From IMG/VR virus record IMGVR_UViG_3300037585_001448, positions 29,141 to 93,140 of that record: a stretch of DNA of 64,000 nucleotides. One strand, 5' to 3'. This document shows positions 9,941-19,685 of this stretch, in pieces (within the stretch, counting starts at the first letter, position 1; each line of letters opens with the position of its first letter). Below the pieces are notes generated by a model. That model worked only from the letters and a program-made list of their open reading frames with translations, searched no databases and was not told the DNA's origin. The DNA comes from a virus. The translations under genes and the position numbers were made by a program.

Positions 9941-10905
9941 TAGACCGCATACCTGATGATGACAATGCCCGCAGCACCGCCGCCCGCCTGTCCACCAACG
10001 CTACCGTCGCCCCCCTTGCCGCCACCGCCGCCGCCCGTATTCGGAACGCCGCTGTGGGCAGGCTCTGTTGTTCTTGTTGCATCGCCGCCGCCACCCTGAC
10101 CGCCGCCTTGTCGGTCGGTTCCTGAGCCGCCCCCGCCACCCGCATAAGTCGGTGTCGTTGCGGTAATCCCATAACCTGCGGCACCAGCACCGCCGTCGCC
10201 TCCGTACTGGTTAGTCCCGCCGCCGTCGCTGCCCACACCCCCAGCGCCACCGCCTCCCCCAGCGGATTCTTTCGACACGTTATCGCCGCCGAGGCCACCG
10301 TCGTATCCTTGACGGGGCGGTCCTGCAACACCAGCCCCGCCAGCGTGTGTGGAATCTGCGGGACCGTTTGTGCCCCCGCCCCCGCCTGAACCGCCAGCCC
10401 CACCCGCATCGTAATCATGTCCACGACCACCACCCGTGCAGGTCACTCCTAAAGCGGAACTGTTAGAACCCGCAACACCCGCAGCGTCGTCACCGCCCGC
10501 TCCACCCGCACCAACAGTGATGGTGTACGGGCTGGAAGCCACATCGACGGTAACAGCCGTACTTGTCAACAGGCCCCCAGCGCCGCCGCCACCAGCGTTG
10601 TAGGTGGCTGAGGCACGCCCGCCTCCACCGCCGCCGCCTGCGACAATCAGATAATCGACATCAGCCGAACCGCTGGCAACATAGAACTTGCCTGAACCAC
10701 GGAACGTATGAACCCGATACGTCGTACCAGAATCCTCATACTGCGTGATGATCCCACCGAACGCCGTCATAGGCGCAGCACCACCGAACAGGCCACCATT
10801 TAGCCAAGTAGACGTAGCCGTCGAAGGCCACGCCTTAGGCGTACTCCTGTTCCCCCGCCAGTTAGAAACAGCGGTGGACGGGTTCGTCCGGTCCTGACGG
10901 AACAT
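9940..10905 (-). CDS. Glycine-rich tail fibre/receptor-binding protein
   Basis: VHTF...YLIVAGGGGGG...NTGGGGGG...GIVIIRY glycine-rich domain. Confidence 0.8.
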   Translation of the reverse strand: MFRQDRTNPSTAVSNWRGNRSTPKAWPSTATSTWLNGGLFGGAAPMTAFGGIITQYEDSGTTYRVHTFRGSGKFYVASGSADVDYLIVAGGGGGGGRASATYNAGGGGAGGLLTSTAVTVDVASSPYTITVGAGGAGGDDAAGVAGSNSSALGVTCTGGGRGHDYDAGGAGGSGGGGGTNGPADSTHAGGAGVAGPPRQGYDGGLGGDNVSKESAGGGGGAGGVGSDGGGTNQYGGDGGAGAAGYGITATTPTYAGGGGGSGTDRQGGGQGGGGDATRTTEPAHSGVPNTGGGGGGKGGDGSVGGQAGGGAAGIVIIRYAV

Positions 10906-10908
10906 CTA

Positions 10909-11274
10909 TCAGGCGGTGATCTGGTTGACGTAGCCGTGAAGCGTGATGACGTTCGTCGTTCCAGCGAACGCCTTGACGATCAGCGCCGTCGAAGCGTTCC
11001 CCTTCAAGAGCAGCCCGGGCGCGACCAGAACCAGCCCGGCCTCCGTACCGATCGTCACTTCGATCAGATCGTTCGGCGACGTTGTGCCACCCCACTCCAA
11101 TGTCAACTTGACATCAGCCGAGTGAGTGTTCATCGCGTACAACCAAATCTCGTCATACGTCGTCGCGGTGCCTGACCCGGTGTGGATCGTGGTCCCGGCG
11201 CTGCTGGTCGCAGCGACAAGCACCGCCCGCCCGTCCGTTGACCCTGACAGTTTGGTCTTTGCAAATGTTGCCAT
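10909..11274 (-). CDS. Virion tail-associated protein (121 aa)
   Basis: Beta-rich ORF with SD (AGGAG) inside the fibre cluster. Confidence 0.65.
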   Translation of the reverse strand: MATFAKTKLSGSTDGRAVLVAATSSAGTTIHTGSGTATTYDEIWLYAMNTHSADVKLTLEWGGTTSPNDLIEVTIGTEAGLVLVAPGLLLKGNASTALIVKAFAGTTNVITLHGYVNQITA

Positions 11275-11283
11275 GTTGTTCTC

Positions 11284-12045
11284 CTAACCAGAGAATACTT
11301 GTCCGGCGAGAACGATGTTTGCATCCGTCCACGCTGTTGCTGGTGCGCTGTCTAAAGTGAGTGTCCCGATCGTAGCCGTATCGGTCACGGACAGATTGCC
11401 GTCATCGACTACGAGGGCATCCTGTCCGTCGGTGCCAGTAATGGTGAGAGATTCTGCACTTGAGTCCCAAACGCATTTATCTCCCGCCGTGTCTGAGAAA
11501 AGCGTTACGTCAACTCCCGACCCGTCAGAGCCGAAGGCCACAGCGGCGTCGATAGCGAGGTTCAACGTGGCTGCCCCGCTCGTCGCACCGCCCGACAGGT
11601 TCGTTCCCGCCACGACCGAAGTGATGTCACCCGCTGACACGACATCGGAGATCAACGCCTTCTTCGTAGCGTTGGAATCGTCAACGTCTGAGATCAGCAT
11701 GTAGTCCGAGGTCGTCGCCGTCGCTGAGGTCGCCCCGTTCACATCCACGTTCACCGTGACCGTGCCCGAAGTCCCACCACCCGACAAGGCCGTACCCGCC
11801 GTGACACCTGTGATGTCTCCGGCGAGATCAACCGCAACCCAAGAGGAACCGTTGTAATACGACAACGTGTCAGCCGGAGTCGTCGTCGTGTACGCGAACA
11901 TTCCATCGCTGGGGCTGGTCAGCGCAGCGTCACGGGCCGTAGCCGTAGCGAACACCATGATGCTCTGTTGCATGACGTAGGTGTTCAGGTCCGATGCCGT
12001 TAGGACATCGCCTGTGCTCCATGTCTTGAAGCCTGCTCCGGCCAT
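11284..12045 (-). CDS. Tail fibre protein
   Basis: N-terminal GFKTWSTGDVLTASDLN anchor and GDIT.V.AG repeats. Confidence 0.75.
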   Translation of the reverse strand: MAGAGFKTWSTGDVLTASDLNTYVMQQSIMVFATATARDAALTSPSDGMFAYTTTTPADTLSYYNGSSWVAVDLAGDITGVTAGTALSGGGTSGTVTVNVDVNGATSATATTSDYMLISDVDDSNATKKALISDVVSAGDITSVVAGTNLSGGATSGAATLNLAIDAAVAFGSDGSGVDVTLFSDTAGDKCVWDSSAESLTITGTDGQDALVVDDGNLSVTDTATIGTLTLDSAPATAWTDANIVLAGQVFSG

Positions 12046-12073
12046 TAGTGCCTCCTGTCGGCTGAGACTATCA

Positions 12074-13309
12074 TCAGTACGAAAGCGCCGAGGTGCCTAG
12101 CACCCCTGAGGTCGCGCTGTCCAAGATGAACCCATCAAGGATCTTCTCTGCGGTCTGGAACGTCGTTTTCCACGACGACGGGGTGATCGTATGTTCGATG
12201 CCCTGAACGGACAGGGTGCGGGTCACCGTGCCGCCGCCCGGCTGCGTTCGGGTGACCTGAATCGGGTCGAACAGTTCGGTGTCCAACGCGGCGATCACCC
12301 GTGCGCTCGTGTCCTGATAGGCGTCAATCGTGATACTGCCGATGCGAAGTTCGGGGTCTTTGCGCTCGTTCAGGATCGCCTTGGCTTGAAGTAACGCATC
12401 TGCGTCGGAGTCCATGAGTAGCCCGGTGCGGGACAGGTCACGAAGGAAGAACGAGTTGATCGAATCCGTGTCGCTGACATTCTGGGCGCTGCCCCCGGTG
12501 CGCTGAACCGTGACATCGTTAGCGAGGATCGTGTCGTCAATGTCGAAGTCGATTGACTCGTAGTAGATCCCCGACCCGGTGTCTACATACACCGTCGGTG
12601 ACGCAGCGTGCGCTTTCACGATCGCGTTGCGGTCCATGAACTTGAGGACACCGTTCGTCTTGGTGAAGAACGCCCCCAACTCCGTGTCGGTGATTGTCTG
12701 GCACGCCGTCAACGTGTCGCGTGTCGTACCGGGGTCCGCTTGACAGGTTGTGAGGCCCGTTGAGAAGTCTCGGCTGGATGTCGGCCAACTGATCTCGTCC
12801 AGTATCTCCCCGAGCCGAATGCCGGTCGTGTCGCCCGCCGATGACCCGGCCACGTTCGTCACGTTCGTCAGGTTCAGGATGCGGAACGCATCGGTCGCTA
12901 CGAGGGTCACGAACGCAGCGTTCTCACCGGGCGTGTATGTGTAGTCCCACTCGTCAATGAACCCCGAGTAAAGCGTGTAAAGCGTCCCCGAGTAGGTGGC
13001 GGTGACTTTCAACTGGCGCATCGGGAGGATCTTGTCGGCGTAGGTGCCGTTGTCAGGATCAAAGACCCCCGTTGTGTCCGTGAACGTCACCGTCGAACGG
13101 CCTGCCTCATGGCGGTCAAGGATTCGATCTCTGCCTCTAGCAATGTTCACCGTGTTCACGAGGCTCGTGATGTCCACCGGGAGGGTCGCCGCATCCGACA
13201 GAACACCCGTACCCAACGGAGACGCAGCGTCACCAAGCACAAGGTCAACACCGAACGACGGCGACGCCGTGAACCGAACCGACACAGCCAGCGTCGCAGC
13301 AGCAGCCAT
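12074..13309 (-). CDS. Minor tail / tail-tip (baseplate hub-like) protein
   Basis: Directly downstream of the tape measure gene; 411 aa, beta-rich. Confidence 0.7.
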   Translation of the reverse strand: MAAAATLAVSVRFTASPSFGVDLVLGDAASPLGTGVLSDAATLPVDITSLVNTVNIARGRDRILDRHEAGRSTVTFTDTTGVFDPDNGTYADKILPMRQLKVTATYSGTLYTLYSGFIDEWDYTYTPGENAAFVTLVATDAFRILNLTNVTNVAGSSAGDTTGIRLGEILDEISWPTSSRDFSTGLTTCQADPGTTRDTLTACQTITDTELGAFFTKTNGVLKFMDRNAIVKAHAASPTVYVDTGSGIYYESIDFDIDDTILANDVTVQRTGGSAQNVSDTDSINSFFLRDLSRTGLLMDSDADALLQAKAILNERKDPELRIGSITIDAYQDTSARVIAALDTELFDPIQVTRTQPGGGTVTRTLSVQGIEHTITPSSWKTTFQTAEKILDGFILDSATSGVLGTSALSY

Positions 13310-16300
13310 TACAACACCACCGCCCTACCGGCCTGCTGCGACCTGAGAAGCCCCCGTCGGATCGACTCCACAAGGTCACGTTCCGACGCCACCGACCCTT
13401 CGACGTTGACAGTGATGTACGTCGCACCGCCACGCGGTGAGATCGTTTCTCCGGCGTGGACGTTGACCAGACCGGCGCTCTTGACGAAGCCACCCTTGGC
13501 AGCAGAAGGGACGCCGAACATATCTTCCAAAATCTTGGCCGCATCATCCGCACCCAACTCCCCAGCGCCAAAAGCCGAGAAGGCACCAACCCCCAACGCA
13601 ACCTCATTGACGGCGTTGAGGATGGCGTTCTTCCCGATGGCGTCTTGACCGGCGTAGTGGGCCGACTGCTGGATGTCGGAGAACCAGTCTCGGTACTCCT
13701 TGGGCTGCTGGCTAAGTGTGTTCAACCATTCGGATTCCAGACCGATACCACCCTGCGAAGGCCCAGCAAAGTTAGTCGTTCCACCACCACCCGTAGCACC
13801 ACCACCACCACCGGTAGTGCCACCGCCTGCGGTGGCTGCGTCGTTGATCTTGTCTTTGAGGTCGGCGAAAGCGCCGCCTGCGTCATAGATCAGGTCGGTC
13901 AACTCACGCCAAAGGTCGTTCTGCGCTGACTGTGCTGCGTTGACTTCATCTTGGACACGCTGCAACCGAACCTCAGCGTATTCCTGCTGCTGGGTTGCCG
14001 CTTCCAGAGCCGACTGCGCTTCCGTTTGCCGTGCCAGAGCGGCGGTCTTCTCTTCCTCAGCGTCCGTCAACGCCTTCGTGATCTGCGCCCTTTCCGTATC
14101 CAGCGCAGCGGATTCCTCACCCAACTTGAGGAGGTCATCTTCCAACCCTGCCTCAACCACCCTGATGCGGTTCAGTTCCTTCGTTCGGGCAGACTCAAAG
14201 TCTGTCGCCTCAGCCTCAGCCAACTTCGCCAACCGCAGATCCTCGGTAGCGATCGCCAACTTGAGGCTGATGTTCTCCTGTTCCTTCTGCAACACCGCGG
14301 CCTCGGTACGCACCTCGTTGAGTGCCCTCTGCGCGGCTCGTAGTTCGTCAGATCCGCTGCGGGCCTCAGCCATCGCCCGGTCGTAGTCCTGCGTCGCCGA
14401 CATGAGAGCAAGGACATCGACTTCGCCGTCCTCGTACTCCTGTTCGACCTTCCGCAACTGGGCTTCCAACCGTTGCAGCGTTTTGGCTTCCCTGACAGTC
14501 AGGTCCATCAACCCGGCGTCCTCACCAGAGATGAGGTTCATGTCGATAAGCGCCTGCTCAACATCGTTGATGGCTGCCTGCTGTGTCTGCAACGCAGCGA
14601 CGTTCGCTTCGGCGCTCGTTACGTCAACTACCGCGTCGCGGGTGCCTTCCAGTTCCTTGACCTTTTCGGCCAGTGTGATCGTCGCCAGTTTCGCTTTGTT
14701 GAGGTTGTGGGCCAGCGACGCCGCGAACTCTGTGTTGTCCAACGCGTACTTGGCACGTTCCGCATCCAACGCGGTGATCTCCGCGGTGACATCGGCTATC
14801 TCATCAACAATGGCTAGTTGCCGGGCGACAATCTCAACGTCGCGGGCATCAAGGGCGGCGATCTCTTCCTTGAGACGCAACTGGTCGCTGATCGCTTCGT
14901 CACGGTCCCGTTCAGCGTCGGCGATGTGACGAACAGTGTCAGCGACATCTTGGTGGGCGTCACGCAGGTCGTTGGCGAGTCGCAGGGCGTCACGTTCAAG
15001 GTCGGCTTGTTCCTGCAACAAGCGGATACGTTCATTTTCGGCGTCGATCACAGCCTGAGCCGCGTCGGCTACCCCCTTGCGGTAAGTGGCCTCCCTTGCT
15101 GTTTCTCTCCCCGCCTTGAAGTCAGCCCCCATCGAATACAACTTGGCGTCACCCGCATCCGAGTACGCCTGAGCAACCCCACGCACCTCGGCTGCTTCTG
15201 CCGCTGCCGCTTCGGCAGCCTCAGTCATTCCCGAAGCCAGCATCGTGACGACGCCAACCGCCCGCTGCCGAACCACGTTCGCTTCACGGGTGGCAAGAAC
15301 GTCGTCCCAAGTCCGTTCGGTTTCTTCCTCTACAGCAGCAGCCACCCCCAACCCGGCTTCACGCAACCGGTTTTCCACACCAACAGCCTGATCCTGAGCA
15401 GCGGCGAGTTCTTCCGTGATTGCTGTCAGTCGCGCCTGCCGCGTCTCCAACGACCGGGTGTAAGCGATCACCATTTCCAACGCCTCTGCGTGCTTGCCCT
15501 CAGCAACAAGGTTGTCAACGGTTGCCCTCTGGCCTGCGTTCAGGGCGTCCGAGTAAGCAAGCACATTCGCGGCGCTCTCGAAGTATTGCTCGGCAGTCTT
15601 CTCCTGAGCCGCCCGATCGTCGTCGTAGGCGTCAGCGGTCTTATCCAACGAAATCAGGATGTTCTTGAGACCTTGGTTGGAAAGTTTGCCCTGTCGCATC
15701 GCTTCGATTACTGCGTCGGTGTCTTCACCTAGGACATCCCGGTGGGCTTCCAAAACCCTGATGTTGTTTTCCTCATGGCCCTTCATGGTGACGATCGACC
15801 CGGCGAGGTCTTGGTAGGCGTCGGACCCTGCCGCGGTCATCGCGTTGTGGTGTTCCATGTCGGTGATGTAGGTATCGAAGACGGCTTTGACATCCCGACC
15901 GATGAGTTCCTGCATCAACACCATGCGCCCGTTGAACTGCTCAACCTCTTCGTCGGCGTCTCCGGTTACGTCAGCGAGTGCTTTGAGGCGTGCCGTCAAC
16001 TCGTCAACATCGGTGGTGAGGATCGTGGATGCTTCACCCGTGTCGATCATTTCTTCGCGCAGCAACTTCATGCGGTCCTGATCGCGTTGCGCTTCCTCAC
16101 GGTTCGCTTTCAACGCCAAGAACAAGCCGCCACCGATAATCGCTGCCGCCCCAACAGCGGCAAACCCGAGGCCACCTGTAGACATCCCCAGTTTCGCAGC
16201 GAGCGTGCCAATGCCCTTCGCCATGCCGCCGCCGCCGGTAATCATCCCGGTGACACCATCACCAACCTTCTTCAACGCCCCAAGGCCACGGGCGACGCTG

Positions 16301-17502
16301 CCGATCCCTATGAGCGCCGGGCCAGCAGCCGCGGCTATCCCCGTAAGGGCAATCACCATCTTCTGCATGAACGGCGACAGGTTGTTGAACTTGTCAGCGA
16401 GATCCTTGATGAACGCAGCCAACTTCTGGATCAACGGAACGACTATCGGGATCAACTTCTGCCCGAGGTCGATCATCACGATTTTCAGGTCGTTCATCGC
16501 CTGTTGCATCTTGAACCCGGCGGTGTCCTCAACCGCTGCCATGCCCCGATTCAACGTCCCCGCCGAACGGGTCATCTCGTCCATGACACCAGCAGCCTCA
16601 GCAGCAGCCGTCCCGGTCAACTGGAGCGCACCCGCTAACGCCTCGGAGTCCTCAAAGACGGCCCCCATTTCCTTGCCGTTGGCTTCCAACTGGGTACGCA
16701 TATCCATCAGAGCGCCCAACAGGTCTTCATCGGCTGCCGACCGGAGGTCTTCGACACTCAGGCCGACATCTTCAAGCGTTTGGCGTGCCATCTGAGACGG
16801 CTTGATGAGGGTACGAAGGATGCCCCGCAACGAACTCGTTGACTGCGAAGCGTTACCTGACGCTCTGGTCAGGAAAGCCAACCCGCCACCAACCTGATCG
16901 AACGAGATACCCAACTCGGCTGCCATCGGGATCAAGCGACCAAACTGTGGGGCGAGGTCTTCGGCAGATGCCTTGCCCTGCTCAACGGTCTTGGCGAGAA
17001 CGTCGGTGGCTTCGGCTGCGGAGATGTTCGCCGCCCCGTAGCCGTTGATAGCGTTCGTGACCGCATCAGCGATCACCTCGGCGTCGCCCATCCCGATCGC
17101 TGCGGCTTTCGCTGAGGCTTCCAACGCCTCAACTGCGGTTGCCCCCCGGAGGCCAGCCGAAGTGATGAAGAACATTGCGTCGGCAAGTTCCCTCGGTGCC
17201 TGCGCTGTTTCCCCCGCCAACCGCAGGACATCTTGCTCAAAGCCCTTGACGGTCTCAGCGGACAAGCCGACCATGCTTTGGATCTTCGTCATCGAAGTCT
17301 CAAAGTCGGACGCTGCTTTGATGGCCCCCGCTGCCGCGCCCGCAATGGGCATCGTCAACGCCATCGTCATCTTCGTTCCGGCCTTCTGGGCCGACGTACC
17401 AAACTTGGTGAGTTTGGACTCAGATTCTTTCAGCGCGGAACTAAAGTTCTTCGCGTCAAGGCGAAGGCTGGCTACGAGTTCAGCAACCTTCGTCCCTGCC
17501 AT
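13309..17502 (-). CDS. Tape measure protein (TP901-like core)
   Basis: 1397 aa, Ala-rich helical; AIKAASDFETSM core; central hydrophobic stretch; follows the tail chaperones. Confidence 0.92.
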   Translation of the reverse strand: MAGTKVAELVASLRLDAKNFSSALKESESKLTKFGTSAQKAGTKMTMALTMPIAGAAAGAIKAASDFETSMTKIQSMVGLSAETVKGFEQDVLRLAGETAQAPRELADAMFFITSAGLRGATAVEALEASAKAAAIGMGDAEVIADAVTNAINGYGAANISAAEATDVLAKTVEQGKASAEDLAPQFGRLIPMAAELGISFDQVGGGLAFLTRASGNASQSTSSLRGILRTLIKPSQMARQTLEDVGLSVEDLRSAADEDLLGALMDMRTQLEANGKEMGAVFEDSEALAGALQLTGTAAAEAAGVMDEMTRSAGTLNRGMAAVEDTAGFKMQQAMNDLKIVMIDLGQKLIPIVVPLIQKLAAFIKDLADKFNNLSPFMQKMVIALTGIAAAAGPALIGIGSVARGLGALKKVGDGVTGMITGGGGMAKGIGTLAAKLGMSTGGLGFAAVGAAAIIGGGLFLALKANREEAQRDQDRMKLLREEMIDTGEASTILTTDVDELTARLKALADVTGDADEEVEQFNGRMVLMQELIGRDVKAVFDTYITDMEHHNAMTAAGSDAYQDLAGSIVTMKGHEENNIRVLEAHRDVLGEDTDAVIEAMRQGKLSNQGLKNILISLDKTADAYDDDRAAQEKTAEQYFESAANVLAYSDALNAGQRATVDNLVAEGKHAEALEMVIAYTRSLETRQARLTAITEELAAAQDQAVGVENRLREAGLGVAAAVEEETERTWDDVLATREANVVRQRAVGVVTMLASGMTEAAEAAAAEAAEVRGVAQAYSDAGDAKLYSMGADFKAGRETAREATYRKGVADAAQAVIDAENERIRLLQEQADLERDALRLANDLRDAHQDVADTVRHIADAERDRDEAISDQLRLKEEIAALDARDVEIVARQLAIVDEIADVTAEITALDAERAKYALDNTEFAASLAHNLNKAKLATITLAEKVKELEGTRDAVVDVTSAEANVAALQTQQAAINDVEQALIDMNLISGEDAGLMDLTVREAKTLQRLEAQLRKVEQEYEDGEVDVLALMSATQDYDRAMAEARSGSDELRAAQRALNEVRTEAAVLQKEQENISLKLAIATEDLRLAKLAEAEATDFESARTKELNRIRVVEAGLEDDLLKLGEESAALDTERAQITKALTDAEEEKTAALARQTEAQSALEAATQQQEYAEVRLQRVQDEVNAAQSAQNDLWRELTDLIYDAGGAFADLKDKINDAATAGGGTTGGGGGATGGGGTTNFAGPSQGGIGLESEWLNTLSQQPKEYRDWFSDIQQSAHYAGQDAIGKNAILNAVNEVALGVGAFSAFGAGELGADDAAKILEDMFGVPSAAKGGFVKSAGLVNVHAGETISPRGGATYITVNVEGSVASERDLVESIRRGLLRSQQAGRAVVL

Positions 17503-17506
17503 GCCT

Positions 17507-17728
17507 CTACCGCCTCACTCTGGATCGGTTGCTCGCCATCTGGCGGCTCTGCTTCGATTCTTCCGCTTCGATCTGAACCAACGCGACCCATTCCGTCATC
17601 TCAGCCGACGACATGCGATCTAGGAGTTCGCCTACCGTCATGCTGAGTTCACGGGCTAGTCGGAAGTAGAAGCGTCGCTCAGGGTTGAGTCGTCCACGGC
17701 TGTCGGGGAAGCCGAGGAATCTTTTCCC
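17507..17728 (-). CDS. -1 frameshift extension of the tail assembly chaperone (gpGT-like)
   Basis: The -1 frame after GGGAAAA reads RFLGFPD...FRLARELSMTVGELLDRMSSAEMTEW. Confidence 0.85.
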   Translation of the reverse strand, partial: GKRFLGFPDSRGRLNPERRFYFRLARELSMTVGELLDRMSSAEMTEWVALVQIEAEESKQSRQMASNRSRVRR

Positions 17729-18093
17729 GCTTCGTCCACCGCCGTTTCTGACAATCCTGACGCCGCCATACAAGCGTTGGCTAGGTCATTGACGATTCGT
17801 GCGTTGCGCTCAAACAGCCACTCTTGGTCGCCTTCCTCAAAGACCAGTTCACCGGATTCCGGGTCGTAACAGGTCTGAGAGATGACATGCCACCACATGC
17901 CTTCGATCCGGTCAGGATCGTTGACGTTGGTGGAACCATCAGGGTTGGCAATCTCCGCGACAAACCGGGCGCGTGCCCGTGCGGTGATCGAACGAATCTC
18001 AACGGTGACACCCCACTCAGGGATCTCATAATCTTCGGTGCTGCTGTCGTCAGCAGCCTGAATCTTCTCGCTCAACTTGGACACGATGGTCAC
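17656..18093 (-). CDS. Tail assembly chaperone (gpG-like)
   Basis: IPEWGVTVEIRSIT motif; lies between tail tube and tape measure genes; has a slippery site. Confidence 0.85.
   Translation of the reverse strand: MTIVSKLSEKIQAADDSSTEDYEIPEWGVTVEIRSITARARARFVAEIANPDGSTNVNDPDRIEGMWWHVISQTCYDPESGELVFEEGDQEWLFERNARIVNDLANACMAASGLSETAVDEAGKDSSASPTAVDDSTLSDASTSD
17722..17728 (-). promoter_or_regulatory. Programmed -1 ribosomal frameshift slippery site G GGA AAA
   Basis: X XXY YYZ heptamer in the correct register (GAA GCG GGA AAA GAT) near the 3' end of the chaperone gene. Confidence 0.85.
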
Positions 18094-18115
18094 TCCTCTT
18101 GTTGTGGGTTATTGC

Positions 18116-18523
18116 TTAGAACGTGGTGCGGGTTACCCCACCTGTGCATTGCAGGTCGATGCTGTATGTCACAACGTCGCCGACCGGGTTGCTGACGGAG
18201 TAGTTGGTGAGAATACATTCGCCCGTGTATTTGACGTAGCCGGAAGTGCTGCCCGCCGGGCCAAAGATGAACGTCCGGGTCGCAGGCTCCGTGCCGATGA
18301 TGTAACCGTCAATGGTTGCATCCCACAGGCCGCTCACCGAAATCGTCGCATCGCGAAGACCAACGATGTACGACTTGGAGGTCGAACCGAAAGCCGTCGT
18401 TTCGGCTGTGTCGATCGTTTCGGGAAAGTCAACACTGGTGAGAGTGTCAGAAATGTCGCGGCTGGTACCACCTGTGTCGTCAAGCGAGAAGTTGGTTGCC
18501 TTGCCGTGTACGAAGGTTGGCAT
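18116..18523 (-). CDS. Major tail (tube) protein
   Basis: 135 aa; AETTAFG...YIVGL...VGDVVTYSIDLQCTG; position. Confidence 0.8.
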   Translation of the reverse strand: MPTFVHGKATNFSLDDTGGTSRDISDTLTSVDFPETIDTAETTAFGSTSKSYIVGLRDATISVSGLWDATIDGYIIGTEPATRTFIFGPAGSTSGYVKYTGECILTNYSVSNPVGDVVTYSIDLQCTGGVTRTTF

Positions 18524-18535
18524 TGTTTGGTCCTC

Positions 18536-19303
18536 CTAGAACCTAGCGAAACTCACCATGAAGGTGATTGAACCGGATGACCCGGCACTGGTAGCGGTCG
18601 CTCGGACGTACCGGTTCACGGTCCCCGAGCAAACCACCATCTCCGATGTCTTGGCTCCTGCCCCGACAGCGGTGAATGAGATGAGATCGGCAGCCGACCC
18701 AAAGTCAGAAGCCGAATCATGTTGAACTTTGATAGTTGTGACGCCCCCGCCGACGCTGTTGACGGGAACGTGGAGCAGCGCGGCCCCGCCTGCGGTAGAG
18801 GCTGCCGAGCCGTCCACACCGGTCAACGCACCAAGGGCGTTGTAGTCGATCGACGTAGCCGTGGTCAACTGAACGCCTGCGGTGATCCCGTAGGTCATCG
18901 TCCCCAGCGTTCCAGAGTTGCTGGTGCCTTGAAAGTCGGCGGTGACCGTCGATACGTCTGCGACCGGGTTAGAGATCGCGTAGTTGGTTTCGTGAGTTCT
19001 GGCGATCGTGGCCCGGTTGCCGATCGTCCCGCCAGCCTCAGCAATCGTGATATTCGGTGCGGTCGCTGAACCGAGGATCGCTTGGAGTTCTTCATCAGAG
19101 CCGTCGGTGTCAGCGGTCCACATCCCGCTCATTGAAAGTGTGCCGTCGGCCAACCCCAAAATGTACGCCTTTGAGGAATCGCCAAACGAAGTCACCTCCG
19201 CTGTCTCGTTCGTGAGCGTCACATCAGCGGTGTTGAAGTACGGCGTCATCACGAACTCGTCCAGATAAACGTCGGTGCCTTTCCCATGTACGAACGTGGG
19301 CAT
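18536..19303 (-). CDS. Second tail-tube-like protein with C-terminal extension
   Basis: Same N-terminus MPTFVHGK and similar AEVTSFG..SKAYILGL, NYAISNPV motifs; ~120 aa extra. Confidence 0.7.
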   Translation of the reverse strand: MPTFVHGKGTDVYLDEFVMTPYFNTADVTLTNETAEVTSFGDSSKAYILGLADGTLSMSGMWTADTDGSDEELQAILGSATAPNITIAEAGGTIGNRATIARTHETNYAISNPVADVSTVTADFQGTSNSGTLGTMTYGITAGVQLTTATSIDYNALGALTGVDGSAASTAGGAALLHVPVNSVGGGVTTIKVQHDSASDFGSAADLISFTAVGAGAKTSEMVVCSGTVNRYVRATATSAGSSGSITFMVSFARF

Positions 19304-19585
19304 TTACTTACCTCCCGATTTCTTGGGGGTGGGTTCTTTTTCGGCGGGTTCTTCCTCGTAAGCCTCGTTGACATCCGGGGTATCCGGGTCGTCGGCTACG
19401 AAATGGCCGTTGTCATCGCGAGCGCGCTTCTTGAACGTGGATTCAAGTTCAAGGTACCCGGCACCGATACGCCAGTCTTTCTTGCCAGCAGCGATGTCTA
19501 CGACATCACCCGGCTCGTACCGTGTGCCAGCGACTTCGATGCCGCTGGTACCGGACTCGCCGCCGGTCACAACATACTTGGGCAC
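19304..19585 (-). CDS. Small virion-associated protein (93 aa)
   Basis: GGAGGAGG SD then GTG at 19585; RARDDNGHFVADDPDTPDVNEAY motif. Confidence 0.65.
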   Translation of the reverse strand: MPKYVVTGGESGTSGIEVAGTRYEPGDVVDIAAGKKDWRIGAGYLELESTFKKRARDDNGHFVADDPDTPDVNEAYEEEPAEKEPTPKKSGGK

Positions 19586-19641
19586 GGTGCCTCCTCCGTA
19601 GGGGCGTGAACCGATGATCCCAAAAGGGCACCGGGCCACGT

Positions 19642-19660
19642 TCCGGCCACAAAGGGCACT
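19642..19660 (-). promoter_or_regulatory. Candidate Com-type RNA operator AGTGCCC-N3-GTGGCCGGA, site 1
   Basis: 16/19 match to 61102..61120; immediately downstream of the Com-like gene. Confidence 0.55.
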
Positions 19661-19685
19661 TGTGTCGTTTGGTCGAACCCTAGCA

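Noticed and set aside
9933-10433. 166-aa alternative-frame ORF inside the Gly-rich fibre gene
   Set aside because: By-product of GGC repeats; no independent start signals.
17507-17773. Independent 88-aa gene as given in the ORF track
   Set aside because: Better explained as the -1 frameshift extension of the tail chaperone.
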